NCBI GenBank assembly: GCA_964354665.1
Contig: CAYHAO010000002.1
Location: 8,800 to 72,693, forward strand
Source of the DNA: an uncultured Methanomassiliicoccaceae archaeon
Lineage (GTDB): Archaea > Thermoplasmatota > Thermoplasmata > Methanomassiliicoccales > UBA472
Direction: 5' to 3'
DNA: 63,894 bases
The stretch's first letter is position 1, and each line of letters starts with the position of its first letter. The position numbers and the translations under genes were made by a program. Below the pieces are notes generated by a model. The model worked only from the letters and a program-made list of their open reading frames with translations, was not told the DNA's origin and did no database searches. Shown in pieces: positions 26,979 to 36,069 of the stretch.

Positions 26979-27829
26979 GAGGGAAAGGGCTGTCGCACGG
27001 AGCGGGCACGATCGTGAACGCCATAGCCAATGGCAGGGGCGCGGCCTTCGGGGTGGACCTGAGGACCGAGGCCGAGGTGGAGCTCGATTCCTCGGGCATC
27101 ATCGATGTGCGGATCGAGGGCTTCGAGGGGGAAGGGACCGAGCTGGCGGAGAGGTGCGTCCGCAATGTCCTGGAGAGGGTGGCCAAGAGGGAGGGCTATG
27201 GGGCCAAGGTCACGACCCGTTCCCAGATCCCGATATCGCGGGGCCTGAAGAGCAGCAGCGCCGCGGCCAATGCCATCGTCCTCGCCACCTTGGACGCCTT
27301 GGACATCGAGCTCGACCTCATCAAGGCCATCAAGATCGGTACCAAGAGCGCCATCGAGGCCAGGGTCTCGGTGACCGGGGCTTTCGATGATGCTTGCGCC
27401 TCCATGCTCGGAGGGGTGGTGCTGACGGACAACCGCACCGAGAAGGTGCTCAAGCGGGACAGGCTGCCCGAGGGCCTCAAGGTGGTGCTGCACGTACCAG
27501 GGTTCCAGGTGCGCAAGGGCTCGCTGCCCTTGGAAAGGTTCAGGGCCACGGCACCAGCGGCGCAGGCGGCCTTCGAGCGCGCCAAGCGAGGCGAGTACAA
27601 AGAGGCCATGGTCATCAACTCCTTGGCCTGCACGTCGGCCCTGGGCCTTAGCATGGACCCGACCTACAAGGCCCTCGCGGCCGGGGCCTTCGCCGCCGGA
27701 CTATCTGGCACAGGGCCAGCGACGGTGATGCTCGTGGAGGAGCGCAAGCTCCCCGACCTATGCTCCTTGTTCGAAGAGAAGGAGCTGATGATCACGGAAA
27801 TCTACAATGACCAGGAGGTTCGCAAATGA
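26975..27829 (+). CDS. Archaeal shikimate kinase (GHMP-kinase superfamily, MJ1440 type)
   Basis: The GTG at 26975 overlaps the aroDE stop (GTGA). GHMP motif …SQIPISRGLKSSSAAANAIVLA… plus the C-terminal …GLSGTGPATVMLV… About 284 aa. Correct pathway position. Confidence 0.8.
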   Translation: MRGKGLSHGAGTIVNAIANGRGAAFGVDLRTEAEVELDSSGIIDVRIEGFEGEGTELAERCVRNVLERVAKREGYGAKVTTRSQIPISRGLKSSSAAANAIVLATLDALDIELDLIKAIKIGTKSAIEARVSVTGAFDDACASMLGGVVLTDNRTEKVLKRDRLPEGLKVVLHVPGFQVRKGSLPLERFRATAPAAQAAFERAKRGEYKEAMVINSLACTSALGLSMDPTYKALAAGAFAAGLSGTGPATVMLVEERKLPDLCSLFEEKELMITEIYNDQEVRK

Positions 27830-29094
27830 GATTGGTGGTGAGGCCATCGGAGGCCAGCGGCACGGTCGCCGCCTCCCCCTCCAAGAGCTATTCGCATCGG
27901 GCGCTGGTGCTGGGCCTGCTCGCCGACGGACGCTCCCAGTTGAGGGACGTGCTCCTGAGCGGCGACACACTGGCCACGCTCAAGGCCGCACAGATGCTGG
28001 GCGCCCGTGCGGAGGTTAAGGGCAGCAACGTCACCATGGACGGTGGCAAGCTGGTCTGCCCCGATAACGTGATCGACGCCGAGAACTCTGGCACCACCAT
28101 CCGCATCATGGCCGGGATAGCCTCGCTCCTTCCCTGCGCCACTGTCCTGACGGGGGACCCGTCGGTACGCAAGCGGCCGATGCAGCCCCTGATCGATGCC
28201 CTGAGCGAGCTCGGGGTGCAATGCTTCTCCACCCGCGGAAACGGAATGGCTCCTTTGGTGGTGCGGGGGCCGAACCGAGGCGAGAGGTGCTCGATCAAGG
28301 GGGACGTCAGCTCGCAGTTCATCTCCTCCCTCCTCATCTCCTCGGTCCTGAAGGAGGTGGACACCGAGATCTCGCTCTCCACCTCGCTGAAGTCCAGGCC
28401 CTACGTCGAGATCACCATGGGCATGATGCGCGCCTTCGGAGCCAGGGTGGACATGACCCGGTCCGGCTTCCTCGTGCCAGGAAGGCAGAGGTACGCCCCG
28501 CAGGCCTATCGCGTTCCTGGCGACTACTCGTCGGCGGCGTTCCCTCTGGTAGCTGGCGCCTTGACCGCGGGCGTGGCCGTGACCGGCCTCGACCCCGAGG
28601 ACAAGCAGGGCGACAAGGCCATCATCGACATCCTGGAGGGCTTCGGGGCCGAGGTCAGGCGCGGGAGCACCTCCATACGCGCCTCGGTGGGAAGGCTGCA
28701 AGGCTCGACCGTGGACCTGGCGGACGCGCCCGACCTCTTCCCCATCGTGGCCGTCCTCGGCTCCCAGGCCAAGGGGACGACGGAGATCTTCAACGCCGAG
28801 CACGTGCGCCTCAAGGAGAGCGACCGCATCCGCTCCACCACCGATTTCCTGAGGGCGATGGGGGCGGACGTGCGCGAGACCAAGGATGGGTGCGTGATCA
28901 AGGGGCCTTGCGCCCTCAAGGGAGGGGTGGTGGACTCGCTGGACGACCACCGCATCCTCATGGCGGCGGCGATAGCCGCGATGGTGGCCCAGGGGACCAC
29001 CAGCATCACCCACGGCGATTGCTACAAGATATCCTATCCCCGCTTCCTGGAGGACCTGACCTCGCTGGGGGCGGACATGGGGCTGATGGAATGA
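27826..29094 (+). CDS. aroA: 3-phosphoshikimate 1-carboxyvinyltransferase (EPSP synthase)
   Basis: Motifs …SPSKSYSHRALVLGLLADG…, …NSGTTIRIMAG…, …GDPSVRKRPM…, …LKESDRI… and …DDHRILMAAAIAA…. Confidence 0.95.
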   Translation: MRLVVRPSEASGTVAASPSKSYSHRALVLGLLADGRSQLRDVLLSGDTLATLKAAQMLGARAEVKGSNVTMDGGKLVCPDNVIDAENSGTTIRIMAGIASLLPCATVLTGDPSVRKRPMQPLIDALSELGVQCFSTRGNGMAPLVVRGPNRGERCSIKGDVSSQFISSLLISSVLKEVDTEISLSTSLKSRPYVEITMGMMRAFGARVDMTRSGFLVPGRQRYAPQAYRVPGDYSSAAFPLVAGALTAGVAVTGLDPEDKQGDKAIIDILEGFGAEVRRGSTSIRASVGRLQGSTVDLADAPDLFPIVAVLGSQAKGTTEIFNAEHVRLKESDRIRSTTDFLRAMGADVRETKDGCVIKGPCALKGGVVDSLDDHRILMAAAIAAMVAQGTTSITHGDCYKISYPRFLEDLTSLGADMGLME

Positions 29095-30176
29095 ACACCT
29101 ATGGCATGGCTTTCCGCATCACCGTGTTCGGCACATCCCATGGGCCGGGCATCGGCTGCGTGATCGACGGATGCCCCGCGGGCATCGGGGTCTCCCAGGC
29201 GACGATCCAGAAGGACCTGGACAGGCGGAAGCCCTCCTCGGGCATCGGCACTCCGCGGGCCGAGGAGGATTTGGTCCTGGTGCAATCCGGGGTCCACGAG
29301 GGCAGGACCACCGGCTCTCCCATCCAGATGTTCATCGAGAACCGGGACCGGGACAGCTCCAAGTACGCCGCGTTCAAACGCACCCCGCGGCCGGGCCACG
29401 CGGACTACCCTGCGCTGGTCAAATACGGTCCGGAGCACGACATCCGCGGCGGGGGCCAGTTCTCCGGCCGAATGACCGCGCCCTTGGTGGCGGCGGGCTC
29501 GGTGGCCAAGTCTCTGCTGGCCACCAAGGGGGTCAGGTTCGCGGCATATTCGCAGGCGATAGGAGGCGTGAGGGACGTGGACGAGCGCTCCCTCCAGGAC
29601 GTACTTGACCGGGCCTACCAGCGTCCTACCCGGGCCGCGACCGACCAGTTGGACGAGAGGATGCGCGCCGAGATACTGGCCGCCAAGGAGGACGACGACT
29701 CGGTGGGCGGGGTGGTGCGCTGCTTCATCGATGGCCTTCCCGTAGGGCTGGGCGAGCCTTTCTTCGACACCCTGGACGGGGAGCTGGCCAAGCTCCTGTT
29801 CGCCATCCCTGCGGTCAAGGGCGTGGAGTTCGGTAACGGCTTCAGGGCATCGGGGATGAGGGGCTCCCAGAACAACGATGTATATCATTTCGAGGAGGGG
29901 AGGGTGCGCACCTCCACCAATAACTCGGGCGGGGTCCTGGGGGGCATGAGCAACGGCATGCCCTTGGACCTCAAGGTGGCCTTCAAGCCCACTGCGTCCA
30001 TTCCCAAGGCGCAGAGGACCGTGGACCTCGGCACCGGGAAGGAGGCCATGCTTAAAATCGAGGGAAGGCATGACCCTTGCATAGTCCCGCGCGCGGTGGT
30101 GGTCGTGGAGGCCGTCTCCGCGCTGGTGATCGCCGACCTGATGATGAGAGGTGGATACATTGCCAGAACATGTTGA
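29091..30176 (+). CDS. aroC: Chorismate synthase
   Basis: The ATG at 29091 overlaps the aroA stop. Motifs …FRITVFGTSHGPGIGCVIDGCPAG…, …RPGHADY…, …GGGQFSGRMTAP… and …GRHDPCIVPRAV…. Confidence 0.95.
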   Translation: MNTYGMAFRITVFGTSHGPGIGCVIDGCPAGIGVSQATIQKDLDRRKPSSGIGTPRAEEDLVLVQSGVHEGRTTGSPIQMFIENRDRDSSKYAAFKRTPRPGHADYPALVKYGPEHDIRGGGQFSGRMTAPLVAAGSVAKSLLATKGVRFAAYSQAIGGVRDVDERSLQDVLDRAYQRPTRAATDQLDERMRAEILAAKEDDDSVGGVVRCFIDGLPVGLGEPFFDTLDGELAKLLFAIPAVKGVEFGNGFRASGMRGSQNNDVYHFEEGRVRTSTNNSGGVLGGMSNGMPLDLKVAFKPTASIPKAQRTVDLGTGKEAMLKIEGRHDPCIVPRAVVVVEAVSALVIADLMMRGGYIARTC

Positions 30177-31236
30177 CGCTATCCGATGGCACATCGAGGA
30201 GACGGACAACCAGATCATGGACCTTATCGGTCAGAGGATGAGGTTGGCCAAGGAGATGGGGCAGCACAAGGTGGGCAAAGGCATGCCGGTCCGCAACCTA
30301 CGCGTGGAGGAGCAGGTCCTGGCCAGATTCGCCTCCAGGGCCAAGCAGGCCGACGTCTCCGAGGAGGCGGCGCGGAGCATTGCCAAGATCCTCCTGCACG
30401 AGAGCGAGGACGCCCAGTTCCGCATGCCCCGCACGGAGCCGAAGCGCATCACGGTCGTCGGAGGCTCGGGCAAGATGGGGGCTTGGCTGTGTCGCTTCTT
30501 CGAGTCGCAAGGGCACAAGGTCATGGTGAACGATGTCGTCTCCAGCACCAGCTTCCCCTATGAGAACGACCTCAAGCGCGCCGTCTCCCAGGCCGATGTG
30601 ATTGTCGTGGCCACGCCCATCGACGCGGCCAAGGAGATGTTGGACAGGGTATTGGCGTTGAAGCCGAAGGGGCTGGTCCTGGACATCGTTTCCATCAAGG
30701 CCCCGCTCATCCCCAGCCTGCGCGCGGCGGCGGAGAAGGGGATGAAGGTCTGCTCCCTGCACCCCATGTTCGGACCGGACACCACCTCCCTCATCTACCA
30801 GAACCTGCTCATTTGCGACTGTGGCTCCAAGGAGGGGGTGGAGAGCGCGCATGCCCTGTTCGATTACACTGGAGCGGAGATACATGACGTTAGCGTGGAG
30901 GAGCACGACCGGCTCATGTCCTATGTCCTAGGCATGTCGCACGCGCTCAACATCGCATTCTTCAATACGCTGGTGAAGAGCGGGCTCACCGTCAAGGAGC
31001 TGGAACACGCCTCCTCCACCACGTTCCGCAACCAGAAGTGCACCTCCATGCGGGTGGCCAACGAGAATCCTGAGCTTTACCATCACATACAGCATGTCAA
31101 CCCGCACACCAAGGAGACCCTGGACCTGCTGGTGCGGTCCATCGAGGAGATCCGCGCGGCGGCGATGGCCCAGGAGAGCGACGAGTTCGTGAAGATCATG
31201 GAGCAAGGGCGAGCGTACTACGGAGGGAGCGAATGA
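30151..31236 (+). CDS. tyrA: Chorismate mutase (AroQ) / prephenate dehydrogenase fusion
   Basis: GTG start. N-terminal AroQ helix pattern (IRWHIEETDNQIMDLIGQRMRLAKEMGQHK…VRNLRVEEQVLARF). Rossmann motif ITVVGGSGKMGAWL. PDH motif CSLHPMFGP. Confidence 0.85.
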   Translation: MDTLPEHVDAIRWHIEETDNQIMDLIGQRMRLAKEMGQHKVGKGMPVRNLRVEEQVLARFASRAKQADVSEEAARSIAKILLHESEDAQFRMPRTEPKRITVVGGSGKMGAWLCRFFESQGHKVMVNDVVSSTSFPYENDLKRAVSQADVIVVATPIDAAKEMLDRVLALKPKGLVLDIVSIKAPLIPSLRAAAEKGMKVCSLHPMFGPDTTSLIYQNLLICDCGSKEGVESAHALFDYTGAEIHDVSVEEHDRLMSYVLGMSHALNIAFFNTLVKSGLTVKELEHASSTTFRNQKCTSMRVANENPELYHHIQHVNPHTKETLDLLVRSIEEIRAAAMAQESDEFVKIMEQGRAYYGGSE

Positions 31237-32297
31237 GCAAGATGCAGGTAGCGGTGCTGGGCGCAACAGGGATGATCGGGCAGAGGTTCGTGCAGTTGCT
31301 GGAGGGGCACCCATGGTTCGAGATGGAAGGGCTCTATGCCTCGGAGCGCTCAGAAGGCAAGCGTTTGGCGGAGGTCAACCGGGTGAAGGACCATGCCTTC
31401 ATGCAGGAGACCCTGTCCAGACGCATCGAGCAGATCGACACCGCCAAGATCGCCAAGAACTGCAGGGTCGCGTTCTCCGGGCTGCCCTCGGACATCGCCA
31501 AGGACTTCGAATCCAAGCTGTCCGAGGCCGGGGTGGCGGTCTTCTCCAACGCCGCCGCGCACCGCATGCGCGAGGACGTTCCGATAATCATCCCCGAGGT
31601 GAACTCCGAGCACTTGGAGATCGTCAAGACCCAGCCCACCTATCCCAAGGGAGGGTACATCGTCACCAACGCCAACTGCTCCACCACCGGCATGGCCGCC
31701 CCCTTGAAAGCATTGCAGGACCCCTTCGGCCTGGAACAGGTGGTCGTCTCCACCTATCAGGCGGTGTCCGGCGCAGGCTATCCTGGGGTCCCTTCCCTGG
31801 ACATCCTCGGCAACGTGGTCCCGCACATCAAGGGCGAGGAGGAGAAGATGGAGGCGGAGGCGGTCAAGATACTGGGGACGTATCGCGATGGCAAGATACA
31901 TGACGCCAGCTTCCAGGTACTGGCGTCCTGCGTCCGGGTGCCGGTCCACGACGGACATCTTGAGGCCTTGGTGGTCAAGACCTCCAAGGACGCGAGCGCG
32001 GAGGACTACGCCAAGGCCATGAGAGCCTTCCGCGCCGAGCCGCAGTGGCTGGAGCTTCCTTCGGCGCCGAAGGTACCGATCATCGTGCGCGAGGAGGCGG
32101 ACCGGCCGCAGCCCCTTTGGGACGTCAACGCTGGTGAGCCGGCGCGGGCCAAGGGCATGGCCGTCACGGTGGGGAGGGTGCGAAAGAAGGATAAGTACGT
32201 CAAGTTCTTCCTGCTCTCCCACAACACCATCCGCGGCGGGGCGGGGGGTTCGGTAATCAACGCCGAGCTGGCCCATGCCAAGGGGATGTTGCGTTGA
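31233..32297 (+). CDS. asd: Aspartate-semialdehyde dehydrogenase
   Basis: Motifs …VAVLGATGMIGQRF…, active-site …TNANCSTTGM…, …YQAVSGAGY… and …SHNTIRGGAGG… Start overlaps the tyrA stop (ATGA). Confidence 0.92.
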   Translation: MSKMQVAVLGATGMIGQRFVQLLEGHPWFEMEGLYASERSEGKRLAEVNRVKDHAFMQETLSRRIEQIDTAKIAKNCRVAFSGLPSDIAKDFESKLSEAGVAVFSNAAAHRMREDVPIIIPEVNSEHLEIVKTQPTYPKGGYIVTNANCSTTGMAAPLKALQDPFGLEQVVVSTYQAVSGAGYPGVPSLDILGNVVPHIKGEEEKMEAEAVKILGTYRDGKIHDASFQVLASCVRVPVHDGHLEALVVKTSKDASAEDYAKAMRAFRAEPQWLELPSAPKVPIIVREEADRPQPLWDVNAGEPARAKGMAVTVGRVRKKDKYVKFFLLSHNTIRGGAGGSVINAELAHAKGMLR

Positions 32298-32354
32298 GGG
32301 TTAGATATAAATCTTCACAATTGTTATGGAAGTTAAAGGCTTCGGGTTGAGAGC

Positions 32355-33521
32355 ATGAAGCGCACCTACGAGGAGATCAACAAGAAGATCAAGAAGGGCG
32401 ACGCGGTGGTCCTCACGGCAGAGGAGGTCATCGACGTAGTCGAGCGCGATGGCATAGAGAAGGCCACCAAGGAAGTGGACGTCGTCACCACCGGCACCTT
32501 CGGCGCCATGTGCTCCTCGGGCGCCTTCATCAACTTCGGGCATTCCGAGCCGCCCATCAAGATGGCCAAGGTGTGGCTGAACGACGTCCCGGCCTACACT
32601 GGCATAGCCGCGGTCGACGCCTACATCGGAGCCACCGAGCTGCGCGAGGACGGCGACATGAGCTATGGCGGCGCGCATGTCATCGAGGACCTGATCGCCC
32701 GAAAGCCAGTGCGGCTCCGGGCCACGGCCTACGGCACCGACTGCTACCCTCGGAAGGAGATTGACACCTACATCTCGCTCTCCACGGTGAACCAGGCCTA
32801 TATGTACAACCCCAGGAACGCCTACCAGAACTACGGCGTCGCCACCAATTCCTCCGAGAAAACGCTCTTCACCTACATGGGCAAGCTGCTGCCCAAGTAC
32901 GGGAACGCGACCTACTCCAGCGCCGGTCAGCTCTCGCCCCTGCTCAACGACCCCCATCTGCGGACCATCGGCATCGGCACCCGCATCTTCCTGGGAGGGG
33001 CGCAGGGTTACGTGGCATGGGAGGGGACCCAGTACAAGACCAGCCCGCCAGAGCGAAACGGGGTCCCGACCGGCTCAGCCAGGAACTTGGCGGTCGTGGG
33101 AGACCTGCGGGAGATGAGCACCGAGTTCATCAGGGCCCTGGTCTTCAACAAGTACGGCACCACGCTCGGGGTGGGGATTGGAGTACCGATCCCCATCCTG
33201 GACGAGGAGATGATGAAGTGCGTCTCCATCAAGGACTCGGAAATCTTCGCTCCGGTCCTCGACTATTCCTTGCAATCCCGGAACCGACAGGCCATCCGTG
33301 AGGTCTCTTATTCCGAGCTCCGCTCAGGCGGCATCGAGGTCGGTGGAAAGAAGGTCCGCACCTCCTCGCTCTCCTCCTATTCCAAGGCCAGGCTCGTCGC
33401 GGAGACCTTGAAGAGGAGCGTCCAGGAGGGCAGGTTCCTGCTCACCGAACCGGTGGCCAGGCTTCCCGAGGAGAGAACGATGAACCTACTTGACCTCCAC
33501 AGCCGCGAGGAGGTGGCCTGA
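32355..33521 (+). CDS. COG1900 (DUF39) homocysteine biosynthesis protein, MA1821 family
   Basis: N-terminus MKRTYEEINKKIKKGDAVVLTAEEV…VDVVTTGTFGAMCSSGAFINFGH… is typical of DUF39. It is followed by the NIL-ferredoxin partner with a 1-nt overlap. Confidence 0.8.
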   Translation: MKRTYEEINKKIKKGDAVVLTAEEVIDVVERDGIEKATKEVDVVTTGTFGAMCSSGAFINFGHSEPPIKMAKVWLNDVPAYTGIAAVDAYIGATELREDGDMSYGGAHVIEDLIARKPVRLRATAYGTDCYPRKEIDTYISLSTVNQAYMYNPRNAYQNYGVATNSSEKTLFTYMGKLLPKYGNATYSSAGQLSPLLNDPHLRTIGIGTRIFLGGAQGYVAWEGTQYKTSPPERNGVPTGSARNLAVVGDLREMSTEFIRALVFNKYGTTLGVGIGVPIPILDEEMMKCVSIKDSEIFAPVLDYSLQSRNRQAIREVSYSELRSGGIEVGGKKVRTSSLSSYSKARLVAETLKRSVQEGRFLLTEPVARLPEERTMNLLDLHSREEVA

Positions 33522-33931
33522 TGACGGTGAAGAAGTTCCTGCTCACCTTCACGCCAGAGAACGTCTCCGAGCCGGTCACGTACCGCCTGGTGAAGGAGTT
33601 CGACATCATGATCAACATCCTCCGCGCCGAGGTGGACGAGAAGGGCGGGAGGCTGATGATCGCCATGGAGGGCAGCGGGTTGCAGATCGACCGCGCCATC
33701 AAGTTCCTGGAATCGTCCGCCGTCAACGTCCAAGAGCTGAAGGAGTTCGTCAGGAAGGACGACAACCGATGCACCGATTGCGGCATGTGCGTGTCCATAT
33801 GTCCCGTCTCCGCGTTCCAGGTGGAAAAGGGGACGTGGAAGGTGACGTTCCTCAACGAGAGGTGCATCGCCTGTGGCATGTGCGTCGACGCCTGCCCGCC
33901 CGGCGCGATAAGGCTCAGAGCCCAGGTCTGA
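33521..33931 (+). CDS. NIL domain + 2x[4Fe-4S] ferredoxin protein, MA1822 family
   Basis: NIL-like N-terminal domain (…PVTYRLVKEFDIMINILRAEVDEKGGRLMIAMEG…). Two ferredoxin motifs, CTDCGMCVSICP and CIACGMCVDACP. Confidence 0.8.
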   Translation: MTVKKFLLTFTPENVSEPVTYRLVKEFDIMINILRAEVDEKGGRLMIAMEGSGLQIDRAIKFLESSAVNVQELKEFVRKDDNRCTDCGMCVSICPVSAFQVEKGTWKVTFLNERCIACGMCVDACPPGAIRLRAQV

Positions 33932-34036
33932 GCCCGCCCTAGGATGTGAATCATCTGCCGTGGCATCGAGGGCAAGTTTAAAATGAGCAATTGGCAATGA
34001 CCCTTCGGCCTTCGGAAAAAAGGCGAGGATGAGAGG

Positions 34037-34276
34037 ATGGCTGTGCGGACCAAGCTCTTGGCGCTGGGATTGACCTTCTGCTTCGTGGCATCACTGATGC
34101 TGTTCATCGCCTCCCCGGCGCTGGCATCCGAGGGTGAGGGCGAAGGCGACCTTGGACCGTCACCGGAGAACGGCCTCACCGTGGCCATCGGCGGGGTTGT
34201 CGGGGTCTACGTCTTCCTCGGGCTCATTTTGTTCAACGTGCTGCGCAAGAGGAAGAAGCAGCAGATGAAGATGTGA
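34037..34276 (+). CDS. Small exported, C-terminally anchored acidic peptide (79 aa), hypothetical
   Basis: Signal-like N-terminus (…LGLTFCFVASLMLFIASPALASEGEGEGD), a C-terminal TM helix and a basic tail (…VYVFLGLILFNVLRKRKKQQMKM). Its stop lies 1 nt before the ATG of the next gene. Confidence 0.45.
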   Translation: MAVRTKLLALGLTFCFVASLMLFIASPALASEGEGEGDLGPSPENGLTVAIGGVVGVYVFLGLILFNVLRKRKKQQMKM

Positions 34277-34277
34277 G

Positions 34278-35027
34278 ATGAGCAGAAGCCAGGGAATCAG
34301 CGGGACCGTTCGGCATCATTTCGAAGTGGGCGAGACCGCAGTCACCATCGTGGCCGAAGCGCGATTCGTTCCATTCGCCAAGGAATCCATCTTCCGCTCG
34401 CGTTCGATAATCCAGGGATTAATCGCCCAGGACCCCTTGTTCAAGGACACTTTGGAGCCATACGATGAGCCGGAAGGCTCCGACCCGCTCATCGGGAGGA
34501 TGTGCTCGGCCGCTAGGAGGGCGAGCGTCGGTCCCATGGCGGCCGTGGCCGGCGCCATCGCCGAGGAGGCGGTCCGGGCCATGGTCCGAGCGGGGGCGAG
34601 GCAGGCGGCGGTGGATAACGGCGGGGACATCTCCATGTTCCTCAGCGAGCCCATGGAGGTGGGGATATTCGCTGGGGAGTCATCTGTCAAGGACCTGGGG
34701 ATGCGCTTCCCCGCGGAGAGAAGATTCTACAGCATATGCACCTCCTCCGGGAGCGTCGGCCCCTCCATCTCGTTCGGGATCGCCGATGCGGCCGTGGTAC
34801 TTGCTGAGGATGCCGTGTTGGCGGATGCCTGCGCCACGCGCCTGGGGAACGAGGTGCAGAGCTCGGACGAGGAGGGCATGCTCTACGCCTTGGACGCCAT
34901 CTTGCGAATAGAAGGCGTGGATGGTGCGCTGGTGATAGTTGGCGACAAGGTCGCCATGCAAGGCAAGCTACCCCAACTCGTGAAGGTCAAGGTGTCCCCT
35001 GGCTCCATCTCGAGATTGGAGCTCTGA
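34278..35027 (+). CDS. UPF0280 / COG2122 ApbE-like protein (MA1715 family)
   Basis: Core motif …AARRASVGPMAAVAGAIAEEAVRAMVRAG…AVDNGGDISMF…SGSVGPSISFGIADAAVVLA…LADACATRLGN…. Confidence 0.72.
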   Translation: MSRSQGISGTVRHHFEVGETAVTIVAEARFVPFAKESIFRSRSIIQGLIAQDPLFKDTLEPYDEPEGSDPLIGRMCSAARRASVGPMAAVAGAIAEEAVRAMVRAGARQAAVDNGGDISMFLSEPMEVGIFAGESSVKDLGMRFPAERRFYSICTSSGSVGPSISFGIADAAVVLAEDAVLADACATRLGNEVQSSDEEGMLYALDAILRIEGVDGALVIVGDKVAMQGKLPQLVKVKVSPGSISRLEL

Positions 35028-35097
35028 GGCACTTTCGCACCTCCCGGGCGACCTATTATGGTCGGAACAAGCGTTCATTCATGAAGGTGAAAGGGCC

Positions 35098-36069
35098 ATG
35101 GAGATCCCCGGTAATGTCCTAGATTGGCTGCTCGAGGGACCATCGTGGGTCCGTTACCGCGCTAACAAGGACCTCCTGCAGAGACCCGACACCGACCTGG
35201 ACGAGCTTTGGCAAGAAGTAAAGCGTGACCCTTCCGTCCGCGATCTGGTGGCTCAAGTCGGTGCCTGGCCATGGCCGAGGCTGACCTCCCACCGCTCGGC
35301 AGCGCACCCGTTGCACAAGCTCGTCTTCCTGGCGGACCTCGGCTTCTCCATTAAGGACATGGAGATCGCGCCCACGATTGAGAGGTTGCTCGAGCATCGC
35401 TCATCTGAAGGCCCCTTCCAAATGGTAGCGAACGTGAGCAAGAGCTACGGCGGAACGGGAGAGGACGTGAGAGCTTGGGCGCTATGCGACACGCCCTCGA
35501 TCGCCTACTCGCTTGCGACCATGGGATTGAGGGACGATGAGAGAGTGCGCAAGGCGGTGTCATACCAGATACAGCTGGCCCGTCCCAACGGCTGGCCTTG
35601 CGCGGTGTCCAAGGAGATGGGCAAGTTCCGCGGACCGGGTCGGAAGGGGGACCCGTGCCCTTATGCGAACCTGATAATGCTGAAGCTCCTGTCCACCGAC
35701 CCCTCCTGGAGCGATTCACAGGAGGCGAGGGACGGGGTGGAGACGGCCCTCTCCCTTTGGAGCAGGAGCAAGGAGGAGCATCCCTACCAGTTCTACATGG
35801 GGACCGACTTCCGCAAGCTCAAGGTTCCGTTCGTCTGGTACGACCTCATGCACTTGGCCGAGGTCCTGAGCCGCTTCCCCCGGGCGACCAAGGACGAGCG
35901 CCTGAACGAGATGACCTCCCTAATCAGGGAGAAGATGGACGAGGAGAGCCGCTTGACGCCCGAGTCCGTCTGGATGGATTGGAAGGGGTGGGAGTTCGGG
36001 CAGAAGAAGGAGCCCTCCAGATGGCTGACCCTTACGGCCTACCGCATTCTGGGCCGATGCGGGACCTGA
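35098..36069 (+). CDS. Conserved-looking hypothetical protein, 323 aa, Trp/Leu-rich helical repeats (possibly alpha/alpha-toroid, prenyltransferase/terpene-cyclase-like)
   Basis: Clean ORF with non-repetitive composition. Repeated helical hairpin-like segments (…VLDWLLEG…, …ERLLEHRSSEGPF…, …AYSLATMGL…, …AVSYQIQLARPNGWP…, …ETALSLWS…). No catalytic motif recognised. Confidence 0.5.
   Translation: MEIPGNVLDWLLEGPSWVRYRANKDLLQRPDTDLDELWQEVKRDPSVRDLVAQVGAWPWPRLTSHRSAAHPLHKLVFLADLGFSIKDMEIAPTIERLLEHRSSEGPFQMVANVSKSYGGTGEDVRAWALCDTPSIAYSLATMGLRDDERVRKAVSYQIQLARPNGWPCAVSKEMGKFRGPGRKGDPCPYANLIMLKLLSTDPSWSDSQEARDGVETALSLWSRSKEEHPYQFYMGTDFRKLKVPFVWYDLMHLAEVLSRFPRATKDERLNEMTSLIREKMDEESRLTPESVWMDWKGWEFGQKKEPSRWLTLTAYRILGRCGT

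Noticed and set aside
27802-30218. 403-aa and 394-aa reverse-strand ORFs (27802..29013 and 29034..30218)
   Set aside because: They are antisense to aroA and aroC, which carry canonical motifs. Their composition is Arg/Gly/His-rich shadow-ORF composition.
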